A stretch of DNA of 64,000 bases. Source: Malacoraja senta. Taxonomy: Eukaryota. A program made the translations under genes and the position numbers. The stretch spans positions 14,632,001-14,696,000 of the forward strand of contig CM075987.1 of the NCBI GenBank assembly GCA_038087875.1, read 5' to 3'. Positions 13,401 to 23,743 of this stretch are shown here, piece after piece. Below the pieces are notes generated by a model that had not been told where the DNA came from, ran no database searches, and was given only the letters and a program-made list of their open reading frames with translations. Within the stretch, counting starts at the first letter, position 1. Each line of letters starts with the position of its first letter.

Positions 13401-16400
13401 ACAATTTAAATAAGGGCAAAGATATAAACCCAACCATTTCTCACATCATTTTCCTGCAGGTGTAACTGAACACCAAAGAGAAGCAGGAAACTCTGGTTAA
13501 TTCTCCCCTCTTGAAACATCAAGTCACTAAGCCAATTGCCCTGACTATGGTCCCTGACACTGCTTGCTATCTTCGTTCTCTCGCCCTTCCACAACACATG
13601 TTGCTTTGTTCTTAGTAGCTGCCATCAACATGCAAAATCAGCAAGATGGATTCAGCTGCTTAATCTCTGCACCCCATCCACAGACCATAGGTTTGAATGT
13701 TCCCAGTGACTGGCAGTGTGATATATTAGTACTAACAAGCTGCAATTTTCACTAATCTCTCAATGGTTAATTCTTTTTACCGTCATGCCAGCTCGACGTA
13801 CGAAGGATTTCATTGCTTCCAACGTGCCCTGTGTTTGACCACGTTCCCGATCCCGGCGGATCTGCTCCAGAGTGCTTGCATTGGTCTGCAAGGTGTTCAG
13901 AGCCTGGACTGCATCCTAGAATTCAAGTATTCAAAGTAAGCAATCTCTGTGTTGTTCATGTTCAATGGAATCACACAAAAAAAGGTAAATTCTTGATCAT
14001 TCAATCCAGCCTGTTGCAGCCCTTGCACCTTTCCTTTCTCTGCACTTTCTGTTGCTGCAATGCTATATTCTACACTCTGTTTATTTTTTCTTTTGCAATA
14101 CCTGTTGTACTCGTGTATGGTATGATGTAGCTGATAGCATGCAAAAACGTTTTTTCACAGGAGCTCTGTAATAATAATCTAAGTGGATCCTATATGTAAA
14201 ATAACTCTCATGAACAAAATGTCCCAAATGCAAGTTGCCACTGCCAAAGCAGCCATCTGTCAGACTCCTGAACTCCAGAACATGAAGAAAAACAAGTGGT
14301 TAAAAATAAATTAATCTAAATATTTTTGAAGTGCAATCTTTAATGTCGTCATGTAAACATCACTGACATGGGGGCTCACCACTGCTGTGTATTAAATTAA
14401 CATGGGAATTGGCTAATAATCACTGTGATCAACATTCAGTAATCCTCGCTGCAAAGCAGGGATAATAGACATTAAGAATCACACAGTGAGAGGATCAAAG
14501 GGCAACCATGGAGCCAGGCCATCAGCATTTCCATGACCTTCACTGTAAAGAAACACATCCACAATCAGGTGTATACAAATGTAGTTCAAGGCTGGATTTT
14601 TACATTATATTCCACCTCCCTTCACATCCTTCCACATCACTTTCACCAAAGGGAATATGCCTTCACATACCTTGGTCAAGAAATACAGAATAATTCACCC
14701 AGTGCTTTTCAAAAAAAATAAAGTGCTGGAGTAACTCAGCAGGGCTGACAGCACCTCTGGCGAACATGGATAGGAATGTTTTGGGTTGGAACCCTTTTTC
14801 TGACTGACTGTGGTGAGGGGAGAAAGTTGGAGCAGGAGTAGGTCAAAGTCTGGTAAGTCAGAGGTGGATGCAGGCCGGGGGAGGAAAAAACGGCAGATAA
14901 AAAGACAAAGGTGTGAGATAAGGATAGAAGAAGGGTGAATTGTGAAGCCAGAGTAAGGAATATAGGTGGAAGGGGAAAGGGATGGGCATCCAGGTGAGGA
15001 AGAGAGGGGGGAAAAGAGAGGCAGGAATGGTGTAGGTTAGTTACCTAAAATTGGAGAATTCAATGTTCACACTGTCCAAGAGGAATATAAGATGCTATTT
15101 CTCCAGTTTGTGTATGGGCTCGCTCTGGCAGTTGAGGTGGCTCAGATCAAAAAGGGAATGGGTAGGGAAGTGAAAATGGTTAGCAAACCGACAGATCCTG
15201 CAGGCCTTGGTAAACTGAGTTCAAGTGTTTGGCGAAATCGTCTTGCCAATGTAATGGAGGTCACATCAGGGTGAGGTTAGAGGCAGTGCATCTGAACCTC
15301 TGTGTCATCTTGAAGGACTCCCTGGAATGATCCCTGGAGGGATGCGAAGGAGGCGTTATAGAGAAAGGTGTTTCCTGCGATTGCTCAGGAAAGATTTTCA
15401 CCAATCCTTCTTTTATCAGTTTTGTCTCTTCTTCTTGTTCTGTGTGACATTCTCATTTTTAGGTGATGTCTTAAGGAATATGATTACTATTTATGCAAAC
15501 TGTTTCTGACATGTGCGGTTATCAGAAGTAAAAAATACAGCATGGAACAGGATTATAAAATATTCTTCTCAAGCAAGTTCCAGGAATTTATTTCAGTTTT
15601 ATCTCACGGGGAACTGTCAATGCTACTATCTAGAATCAGAAGGAGAGAGTCCCAACCCGAAACATCGCCTATCCATGTTTTCCAGGGATGCTGCCTGACC
15701 CGATAAGTTACTCCTGTACTGTTTTTTTTAAACCAGCACCTGCTGTTCCTTGAGTCTCCACGTTACTATCTATACTTGGCACCCGCCAGCAGTCAGCTGA
15801 TAAAGTATAACGTCTACTTCTCAAGGGAAGGATAGAAGGAACAATTGCCAAAGAGACACGGAAATGACTTTGGAGCCCGTTCCAAAGCAACTCACCTGTA
15901 TGGAGTACGCAATGGAAAGCGCACTTTAATAAAAGTTTACTGCGATATAAGGTCTGTCTCCGGACCACTTGTCGGAACTCCTTCCTCTGCAGGTCACGGA
16001 GTTGTCAGGGGCGCTGAGGAGCAGCTGCCCCTCGGTGCGGCTGCCGGCGCCGCGGTCAAAGTCGCTCAGCGGGAAAGCGCGGGTTCCGGAGCTCATCCGC
16101 ACAAAGTTACTGCTTTGTCCCGGGGCAGCTTCGCACCCACCTTGACCCCCTTTGCCCCTGCCCTTCCAAAATATATCATCAGGTCTGCGACACCCAGCCA
16201 GCTTCTTGCCCCCCACATCACTCCCTCAGACTTTCCCGCAAGGCCCTACTCAGGCCCGGGGTCTCGGTACCGTCCGTCCGTCCGTCCCCCCCCCCCTCTG
16301 CCCGGGCGCCGGTCGTGTTCCCCGCCCCCCTGCCCGGACCCTCTCCCGGGTCCAATCTCCCTCCGGGTCCCGCCTCCCTTTCCCGACCGTGGACATCCCC

Positions 16401-16711
16401 ATGGCCCCTGATCAGGTCTCCCAGCCCCAGTCCCCGTCTCCCTCCCCTGGACATTCTCCCCCCGCCCGCGGGTCCCCGACCCATCCACCGGGAGCCGGGC
16501 CGCTTCCCTGCGGCGGGGGCGGAGGCGGCGGGCCGACCGGCCTCACCTGGTAATCCATGCCGGGGATGTGCAGGGCGGCTTTGGTCGGCGCCGTGCTGTA
16601 GCTGGCCGGCCAAGCCTCCTTGGGGCTGCCGAGCGCCGCCCCTTTCCTCCTCTCTTCAGCCTTCACTCGACGCCTCAGCGCCTTCACCAGGGCGCGGAAG
16701 AGCCGCGCCAT
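1313..16711 (-). CDS. FPGS: Folylpolyglutamate synthase, exons 1-11 (3' exons lie left of the window); complement join 16547-16711,13781-13915,12659-12712,11923-11987,10250-10364,9502-9579,9329-9390,8757-8859,8025-8102,5635-5782,1313-1414
   Basis: Spliced translation is continuous and matches FPGS: P-loop [60 protein letters not shown]. All introns GT-AG with consistent phases. Confidence 0.97.
2783..3085 (-). mobile_element. V-SINE (HE1-like), reverse orientation
   Basis: Reverse-complement B box atcgaaccc and body gtctttgggacgtgggaggac. Confidence 0.7.
4822..5228 (+). mobile_element. CR1 3' fragment
   Basis: gaggtgtacaagttcatgagg...agggcataggcttaaggtgagagg, CR1 C-terminus and 3' UTR. Confidence 0.7.
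5635..5782 (-). CDS. FPGS: FPGS exon 10
   Basis: [49 protein letters not shown], 148 nt. Confidence 0.94.
7281..7900 (-). mobile_element. CR1 3' fragment
   Basis: [33 protein letters not shown]. Confidence 0.8.
8025..8102 (-). CDS. FPGS: FPGS exon 9
   Basis: [26 protein letters not shown], 78 nt; ttttccag|...|gtaagt. Confidence 0.95.
8203..8485 (+). mobile_element. tRNA-derived V-SINE (HE1-like), FPGS intron 8
   Basis: ccgggttcgatcc B box; same body and tail as 8979-9275. Confidence 0.8.
8757..8859 (-). CDS. FPGS: FPGS exon 8
   Basis: [34 protein letters not shown], 103 nt. Confidence 0.96.
8979..9275 (+). mobile_element. tRNA-derived V-SINE (HE1-like), FPGS intron 7
   Basis: A box tggcgaagcggt, B box gttcgatcc (9035-43), V-domain gtgggttttc..gctccggtttc, CR1-like tail. 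Confidence 0.85.
9329..9390 (-). CDS. FPGS: FPGS exon 7
   Basis: [21 protein letters not shown], 62 nt. Confidence 0.95.
9502..9579 (-). CDS. FPGS: FPGS exon 6
   Basis: [26 protein letters not shown], 78 nt. Confidence 0.95.
10250..10364 (-). CDS. FPGS: FPGS exon 5
   Basis: [38 protein letters not shown], 115 nt. Confidence 0.96.
11923..11987 (-). CDS. FPGS: FPGS exon 4
   Basis: [22 protein letters not shown], 65 nt; gacag|...|gtaag. Confidence 0.95.
12659..12712 (-). CDS. FPGS: FPGS exon 3
   Basis: [18 protein letters not shown], 54 nt; ggcag|...|gtcagt. Confidence 0.95.
13036..13202 (-). mobile_element. CR1 3' end
   Basis: tagaaacatagaaaataggtgcaggagtaggcc is the reverse complement of the same 3' end. 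Confidence 0.75.
13781..13915 (-). CDS. FPGS: FPGS exon 2
   Basis: [45 protein letters not shown]; tctag|...|gtaaaa. Confidence 0.95.
14720..15390 (-). mobile_element. Penelope-like element 3' remnant (GIY-YIG region plus pseudo-LTR)
   Basis: Minus-strand fragments [50 protein letters not shown], then the same terminal motif as the hammerhead mini-elements. Confidence 0.75.
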
Positions 16712-17360
16712 CGTGAGCCGCACCGAGCAACACGTGGCTCATCGCCACCTCTGACCCCAGGCCTGCTGGCACGCAGCTGCGCGGCGAACACTGCCCGCCA
16801 TCTTTGATGCTGGCAGCGCCCTCCCCTATTGATGGAAACTCAATTCATCTGGATCCTCACATCGTTGTTTTCCCCACCCTCGTTCCCCTACATAATTAAG
16901 CCATTCGGCCCATCAAGTCTACTCCACCATTCAAACATTACTGATCGATCTTTCCCTCCCAACCCCATTCTCCTGCCTTCTTCCCATAACCTGATGCCCT
17001 CACAATAAGTGAGTTCGGTATTCCGACTGCGCATGCCCAGGTCATAGGTCACTCGCCATAAACATTCTCGGCAACGGTGATGCTGCGTTGTGTGCAAGGT
17101 TGCGTTTCGCCCATGGTTGGGGTCGGGCCTCCAGTGCTGTTGAGATGCTGCTGGGCCATCCCCGTCCCTCTCCAGGGTGGCCCTGGACTTGCAGCTGGCG
17201 CAGGGGGGCAGGCGCTGGCTCCAGCTCGGCTCTGCCTGTACCGCCGGCAGCCGTGGACTGTCCCGCCGGGTTGGCCGGTAGTGCGGGGCCGCCCCGGAGC
17301 GGAGGCGACCCCAGACTTGCAGCCAGGGGGGAGGGGAGGGGAGGGGGGGGGGGCGCTGGC
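15940..17360 (-). promoter_or_regulatory. FPGS CpG-island promoter and 5' region
   Basis: CpG-dense around exon 1; YY1 motif CCGCCATCTT (16795-16804), E-box CACGTG (16731-16736), NRF1-like TGCGCATGCCCA (17028-17039), DR1 AGGTCAtAGGTCA (17039-17051). Confidence 0.75.
16547..16711 (-). CDS. FPGS: FPGS exon 1: Arg-rich putative mitochondrial leader plus cytosolic start MDYQ (ATG 16558)
   Basis: [17 protein letters not shown]...PGMDYQ then CAG|GTGAGG donor; human equivalent is PSMEYQ. Confidence 0.9.
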
Positions 17361-18252
17361 ATCAGATGACCGAACGGTCCTCTCGTAAGTTAGGGTGTAA
17401 TTCCAATCTCATTACAGACGTTGGACTTTCTCTTTGTAAGTATAATACTACAATGCTGTAACACTAAATTCTGCATTCTATTATTTTTCTCTTTGCACTA
17501 CCTGTTGGACTTGTGTATTACTTGATTGTACTCATGTATAACATCAAAAGTCAGGAGTGTTGAATTGTCAAATTTTATCAAAATGGAACAATTAAATTTT
17601 TACTTGCAGCAGCATAACCGGTTTATAAATGCAGTACTCAAAAGACAACATAATAAAACAATTTAACAAAATAAATGTAAAAAATATTAGTCCCTCAGCA
17701 TGTACTCCTGTAGTCGGGAATGGGCCAGTTGGCAGCATTCCCTGACAGATATCTCACTGTGCTGGGAGGCCAACAGGTTTCAGAGAGATCATCTTCGTGC
17801 AGCACTTGATGCTCCAGCTCGGCTCTGCCTGTCCCACCGGGTTGGCCGGCAGTGCGGGGCTGACCCAGAGCGGTGGCGGCCCCAGACTGGCAGCCAGCGC
17901 GGGGGGGTGAGGGGGGGGTGGCGAGGACGGTCTAGTGGCGGTTCGGCAGCGCTTGCGGTGCTGAGGACCTGGGTTCGATTCTGGCTGTGGATGAGGCGCA
18001 GCTGCCGAGAATGTCTCTCCCCCCGTCTCCCACTTGCATCTGCCCCCTCTCTCTCGCTGTTACACCCCGCTCTCCCGCTACCTGGCACCCCCATTCCTCA
18101 GATTAAATATATTTTTACACATCAATCATGAATAAAGATAAGATTTTATACAGTTTATACAGCCAGCGCATTGTTTGCTTTTTCTTTATAGCGAGTGACC
18201 TTTGACAAATCCCATGATTCCTTGCGTTTTCAGAATAACAAACTCGCTTATT
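17004..18252. mobile_element. Non-autonomous DNA-transposon-like element with bipartite imperfect inverted termini, inserted in a CR1 3' fragment
   Basis: Outer IR 17004-17026 vs 18230-18252 (19/23), inner IR 17041-17062 vs 18185-18206 (20/22); host CR1 sequence resumes on both sides. Confidence 0.75.
17361..17791 (+). repeat. 431-bp local duplication of 20158-20588
   Basis: Colinear at constant offset 2797; about 15 substitutions counted by eye. Confidence 0.92.
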
Positions 18253-19269
18253 CAAGAATATCAATCTCCACCTTAAAAATATCCATTGAATGGACTTCCG
18301 CAGCCTTCTGTGGCAATGGATTCCACAGATTCACCACCCTCTGACTAAATCAATTCTTCATCTCCTTACATAGTATTAATACAAATTGTATCAATACACA
18401 CTTATAATTACAACCTTTAAAATGCAATTGGATAAATGTATATGGATATGAAGGGTTTAGCTGGAAGTGGGCCAAATGCAATCAAATGGGACTAGCCCAG
18501 TATGCCAATTTGGTTAATAGCGACAAGGTAGACAAAAAGGTCTGCTTCATTGTGGTGCAACACCGTAACCCTATAAAACAATCTTTTCTGGGATGACGTA
18601 AATCTCCAGCAAGAATAGTGAAACTGGTACCACTCAGAAGGTCAGGTAGCATCTACAGAGTAAGAAACTACATTGTAGGTTGAAGATCCTTCAGCAGAAC
18701 TGGTAAAGGGAGGAAGTTGCATGAAAGCCAGGGGACAGATTATGGACAATTCTGAAACAGACAGAAACAAGTTAATGCTAAATCCTCCAATTTGTGATGA
18801 GTCTGGAAGGCTCCTGTGTGGAAGTGGAGTAGTTCACACTCTTGACTTATCTGTGGACTTCTGTTACAACAAGGTATTGGTGCAGTGTGGACATTCAATG
18901 GTAACAAGGGTTCTCATGACTGATCAAAGTTCTGGGATAGACACAAGACTGCAGATCTAGAATCTTGTGTAAAACACAAAACTTTGATGTATGATAACCC
19001 AAATATCACTTTACATAAAATTTGGATTTAAGAATTGTTTTTACATATTGGCACTGTATGTCTAAATTTTATTTAAATATTTTACCACGTCTCTACAGTT
19101 TTTGCTTTGAAAGAATATATTCTACTGTTTAATGTTCGTTGAGATGTGGGCTTCAGTATTGTGCCATTAAAGAATATTCTGTGGATATAGCCCGGATCAT
19201 CACGCAGAGCAGCTTCCCCAGCATCAAATTCTATCTATAGTATAAACCACTGCAGGAAAGCAGCCAATA

Positions 19270-20030
19270 TTATTATCTCAATGGGGTTAGATAAGGTAAG
19301 GGGGAGGTACAGCGAGACCTGGGTATCCTTGTACACCGGTCACTGAAAGTTGGCGTGCAGGTACAGCAGGCAGTGAAGAAAGCTAATGGAATGTTGGCTT
19401 TCATAACAAGAGGATTTCAGTATAGGAGTAAAGAGGTTCTTCTGCAGTTATATAGGGCTCTGGTGAGACCACATCTGGAGTATTGTATACAGTTTTGGTC
19501 TCCTAATTTGAGGAAGGACATCCTTGTGATTGAGGCAGTGCAGCGTAGGTTCACGAGAATGATCCCTGGGATGGCGGGACTGTCATATGAGGAAAGATTG
19601 AAAAGACTAGGCTTGTATTCACTGGAGTTTAGAAGGATGAGGGGGAATCTTATAGAAACATATAAAATTATAAAAGAACTGGACAAGCTAGATGCAGGAA
19701 AAATGTTCCCAATGTTGGGCGAGTCCAGAACCAGGGGCCACAGTCTGAGAATAAAGGGGAGGTCATTTAAGACTGAGGTGAGAAAAAACTTTTTCACCCA
19801 GAGTTGTGAATTTATGGAATTCCCTGCCACAGAGGGCAGTGGAGGCCAAATCACTGGATGGATTTAAGAGAGAGTTAGATAGAACTCTAGGGGCTAGTGG
19901 AGTCAAGGGATATGGGGAGAAGGTAGGCAAGGGTTATTGATAGGGGACTATCAGCCATGATCACAATGAATGGCGGTGCTGGCTCGAAGGGCCGAATGGC
20001 CTCCTCCTGTACATATTTTCTATGTTTCTA
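19270..20030 (+). mobile_element. CR1-clade LINE 3' fragment
   Basis: AVKKANGMLAFI...LYRALVRPHLEYCIQFWSP...RTRGHSLR; (tttctatg) tail. Confidence 0.9.
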
Positions 20031-20339
20031 ATATGATAAAGAACCTTTCCCACCCTAGCCTAGTCATTCAATCTTCTCCCCTCTCCTGTCGGGCAGATGA
20101 TATAAACACTTGAAAGCATATAACACAAAATTCAGGAACAGCATATTCCTGTCTATTATCAGACGACCGAACGGTCCTCTCGTAAGTTAGGGTGTAATTC
20201 CAATCTCATTACAGACGTTGGACTTTCTCTTTGTAAGTATAATACAACAATGCTGTAACACTAAATTCTGCATTCTATTATTTTTCTCTTTGCACTACCT
20301 GTTGGACTTGTGTATTGCTTGATTGTACTCATGTATAAT

Positions 20340-22160
20340 ATCAAAAGTCAGGAGTGTTGAATTGTCAAATTTTATCAAAACGGAACAATTAAATTCTTAC
20401 TTGCAGCAGCATAACCGGTTTGTAAACGCAGTACTCAATAGATAACATAATAAAACAATTTAACAAAATAAATGTAAAAAATATTAGTCCCATAGCATGT
20501 ACTCCTGCAGTCGGGAATGGGCCAGTTGGCAACATTCCCTGACAGATATCTCACTGTGCTGGAAGGCCAACAGGTTTCAGAGAGATCAAAATGTCTTGAT
20601 CTTCATCCAGCATTTGATGCCCATCTCCAAAGACGTCTCTGTGAACATCCTGACATGTGTTATTGTCGAAGTGGTCCAGTACAGAGTGGAGAGCCAGCGA
20701 GATCGCAACACCCATTGATCTATGTGGTGCTAGGCAAATTGTAGAGGGTTCAGGTTTATGATAAGGTAGAAAGTGATATGCGCCAACCAATTTCTCAAAG
20801 CACGTCATCACCACAGACATTTGTGCTATCGGTCAGTAGTAATTGAGGCATGTCACCTTAGTCTTCTTGGACACCAGTATTATTTATACCCATTTAAAGC
20901 AGGTGGGAACCTCAGACCTCAGTAATGAGAGGTTGAAGATTTCCACAAAAACACCAGCCAATTGGTCCGCGCATGTTTTGAGAACCCGACCAGGTACAGC
21001 ATCAGGTCCAGACGCTTTCCGAGATTCACCCTCATGGAAGGATCTTCTGACGTCAGCCTCGGTGACTGAGATTACATTGGGTGTTATGGGAGCACGAGAA
21101 GGCACATCAATGTTTTCCCTATCGAAGTGTGCATTGAATTCATTGAGCTTGTCCAGGAGCGATGGCACTTGGTTTTGCCTTGTAGGACATGATGGAATGC
21201 AGACCCAGCCACAGCTGCCAATCATCCGTATCCATTTAGAGCGAGTCATTTTAGCCTTTTATGATGACCTTGAGGTCGTATCTGGCCGTCTTGTTTGATC
21301 ACCAGACTTGAATGTCAGAGATCTGGTCCTCAGAAGATTGCCGGCCTCCTGGTTCATCCAAGACTTCTGGTTGGGGAATATTCAGACAGTTTTGGTGGAA
21401 CACGTCTCCGCGCATTTTGTTATGAAGTTGGTAACAACCATGGCATATTTGCTCATGTTTCCAAGTCCTTGAACATCACCCAGTCTACCAACTCCAAGCA
21501 ATCTGTCATTTTTCTTCCTCCCCTCAAAAGCTTTAGGCAGTCCTCACCGCTGAGGATGCACTTTTCAGTCACTGCCTGTACGCCGAGGGAAGCACAGCCA
21601 CATGGCCGGATTTCCCAAAGTGAGGGTGAGGAATGCAGCGATAGGTGTCTTTGATGGTGGAATAGCAGTGGTCGAGGATGTTTGATGCTCTGGTGCTGCT
21701 GGCAGTTTGGAAGTGACCTTTTCAAACTGGCATTGTTGAGGTTCCCAGCTATGATAAGGCGTCAGGGTATGCCATCTCGTGTGTGTTGACGACGGTGTGG
21801 AGCTCCTCTCCAGTGCTAGACGAATGTCTACCTGGGATGCGATGTGGACTGCGGTCATGACGATGGAGGTGAATTCCCTCGGGAGATAAAAGGAATGGCA
21901 CTTCACTGCCAGGTGTGGAGGGTAGGAGTTGGACAAGACCACTATGTCTGAGCCTCAGAGTTTACCATAAGGCAGACATCACCTCTTTCCTTTGCCGATG
22001 CCTCAGTTCATGTGATGAATGGAGAAACCTTTGGGCTGAGTATGGGGAGCTTAGATCAGCCATGTCTCAGTGAGACTGAGCGCACATCATTCCCTCATCT
22101 GTCATAAAGCAGCTTTGCCTTAAGTCCTCAACCTTATTTTCCAGTGACTGTACACTTGAT
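20340..22160 (-). mobile_element. Rex1/Babar-like LINE, decayed
   Basis: FYLPREFTSIV, KASGPDAVPGRVLKTCADQLAGVFVEIFNLSL, SVVMTCFEKLV; many indels. Confidence 0.8.
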
Positions 22161-22366
22161 TTGACTGGCTAGCAAAAGATTTGACTGGCTAGCAAAAGTA
22201 GCAAACAAAAGCTATTCACTGTATCTTGGGACACGTTACAATAATAAACCAATATTCTAACAGGCAGTGTAACGCTCATACACAATAATTTGAGAAATGT
22301 GCATCAAATAGAGCAATGCATCAATTGGAGGTTTGACTGGTTCCTACCCAATAGTATTTACCTAGG

Positions 22367-22664
22367 GTCGACACAAAATGCTGGAGTAACTCAGCGGGAC
22401 AGGTAGCATCTCTGGAGAGAAGGAATGGGTGATGTTTCGGGTCGAGACCTTCCTTTTTGCTGAACTCTTGTTGGAGAGAGAATTTCTTCAAAGTAGGGAT
22501 ACCTTGAGGAGATTTCGCAGTGGAGTGGACAAAATGTGTAGGAAAGAACTGCAGATGCTGGTTTAAATCAAAGGTAGACACAAAATGCTGGAGTAACTCA
22601 GCGGGACTGGCAGCACATCTGGAGAGAAGGAATGGGTGACATTTTGGGTCGAGACCCTTCTTCC
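22367..22664 (-). mobile_element. Partial tandem (207-bp period) Penelope mini-element
   Basis: acacaaaatgctggagtaactcagcgggac at 22371 and 22578; TSD tagtatt(t)acctagg. Confidence 0.85.
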
Positions 22665-23601
22665 TAGTATTACCTAGGAACTGGAGTGGAGCTTTATAGG
22701 AAAACAAATCAATCTTCAAAACTGTTGTTTGTGCAGGTATAAAATTATAGGTAACACAAGTGTAAATGAGAAAGAAATACGAATTATCTAGAATTCTTCC
22801 AATTGTTTAGGAGTCATATGGTGCAGCAGTCATGTATACAAAATATTCCAAGATTTTGTCCCTGCTCTGCATTTGAAACAACGCAAGAAGCCAAGAATTA
22901 GGGTTTTACACATCAGGATTATACAAGATGAAATATACCAAGATTAATTAACCAATTATTCTTGGAGAATTAATATCTGTAAACACTGATTGTAAGGACA
23001 AATTTAATCAGTACCCCCCATACTTATGTAGTCAGGTGACACTGACAAGGCTCTTGGCTGGTATGCACAAAGGCAAAAATAAAACCTGAAAATGGTCTTT
23101 CAGGAGAGAGAATTCTAGAATGATAAAATGGTCATATCTAGAAATGAACAGTAAAAGGTAGGGATAGGATCAAGGGCTCGAGTGATGATTTTTGAGTGTA
23201 ATTATTCAAATAATACTTTATATATTATTCCAGACATCAAATGGCATTTGGGGCAAGGCAGAAGATCACAACTGCATTATTAGGGCAATAATAGATTTCC
23301 TATATTCCACAGCTATTTGTAACCTGATACGCAAATAGTTAAATTTAAAACCGAGGTATTCACTGTAAATATTTGTAGTAGCTAAGAAATTTGCTGATTG
23401 GCAGTTTGCAATGTATACTGATCAGAAAACCTACGGACAGATTATTCTCCTCTTCAAAGATAAACCAAGTCAGCACTTTAAAAGTAGCACCAAAATAAAT
23501 ATAAATAACTAAGACAAGAAATATAAACAAGGCTATACACAGTGAAACAGCAAAAGACCACAAAGATATGGAGAGAGTAGCAAAGGATTGTCTTAGAACA
23601 A

Positions 23602-23607
23602 TTTATT
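23602..23607 (-). terminator. Candidate CDK9 polyadenylation signal (AATAAA)
   Basis: AATAAA on minus strand 1.7 kb after the stop, GU/U-rich tract downstream (about 23490-23565), UGUA motifs upstream; no recognisable transposon in the interval. Confidence 0.55.
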
Positions 23608-23659
23608 TAAAAACCTAGGATTCGTACTCACTGATGTGACTTTTTATAAACTGTTAAAC

Positions 23660-23743
23660 ATTTCGCATATGTTCTAATGCAGTATTGTACAGAGTAACTA
23701 AATTTCGCATATGTTCTAATGCTGTATTGTACAGAGTAACTAA
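23660..23743. repeat. 42-bp tandem duplication in the presumed CDK9 3' UTR
   Basis: atttcgcatatgttctaatgc(a/t)gtattgtacagagtaactaa twice. Confidence 0.9.

Noticed and set aside
15845-16716. Pro/Gly-rich ORFs on both strands near FPGS exon 1
   Set aside because: CpG-island artefacts; only 16547-16711 has FPGS homology and a donor site
22158-22197. 20-bp tandem duplication (similar ones at 26104-26140, 56571-56641, 63265-63289)
   Set aside because: Ordinary slippage duplications with no functional context
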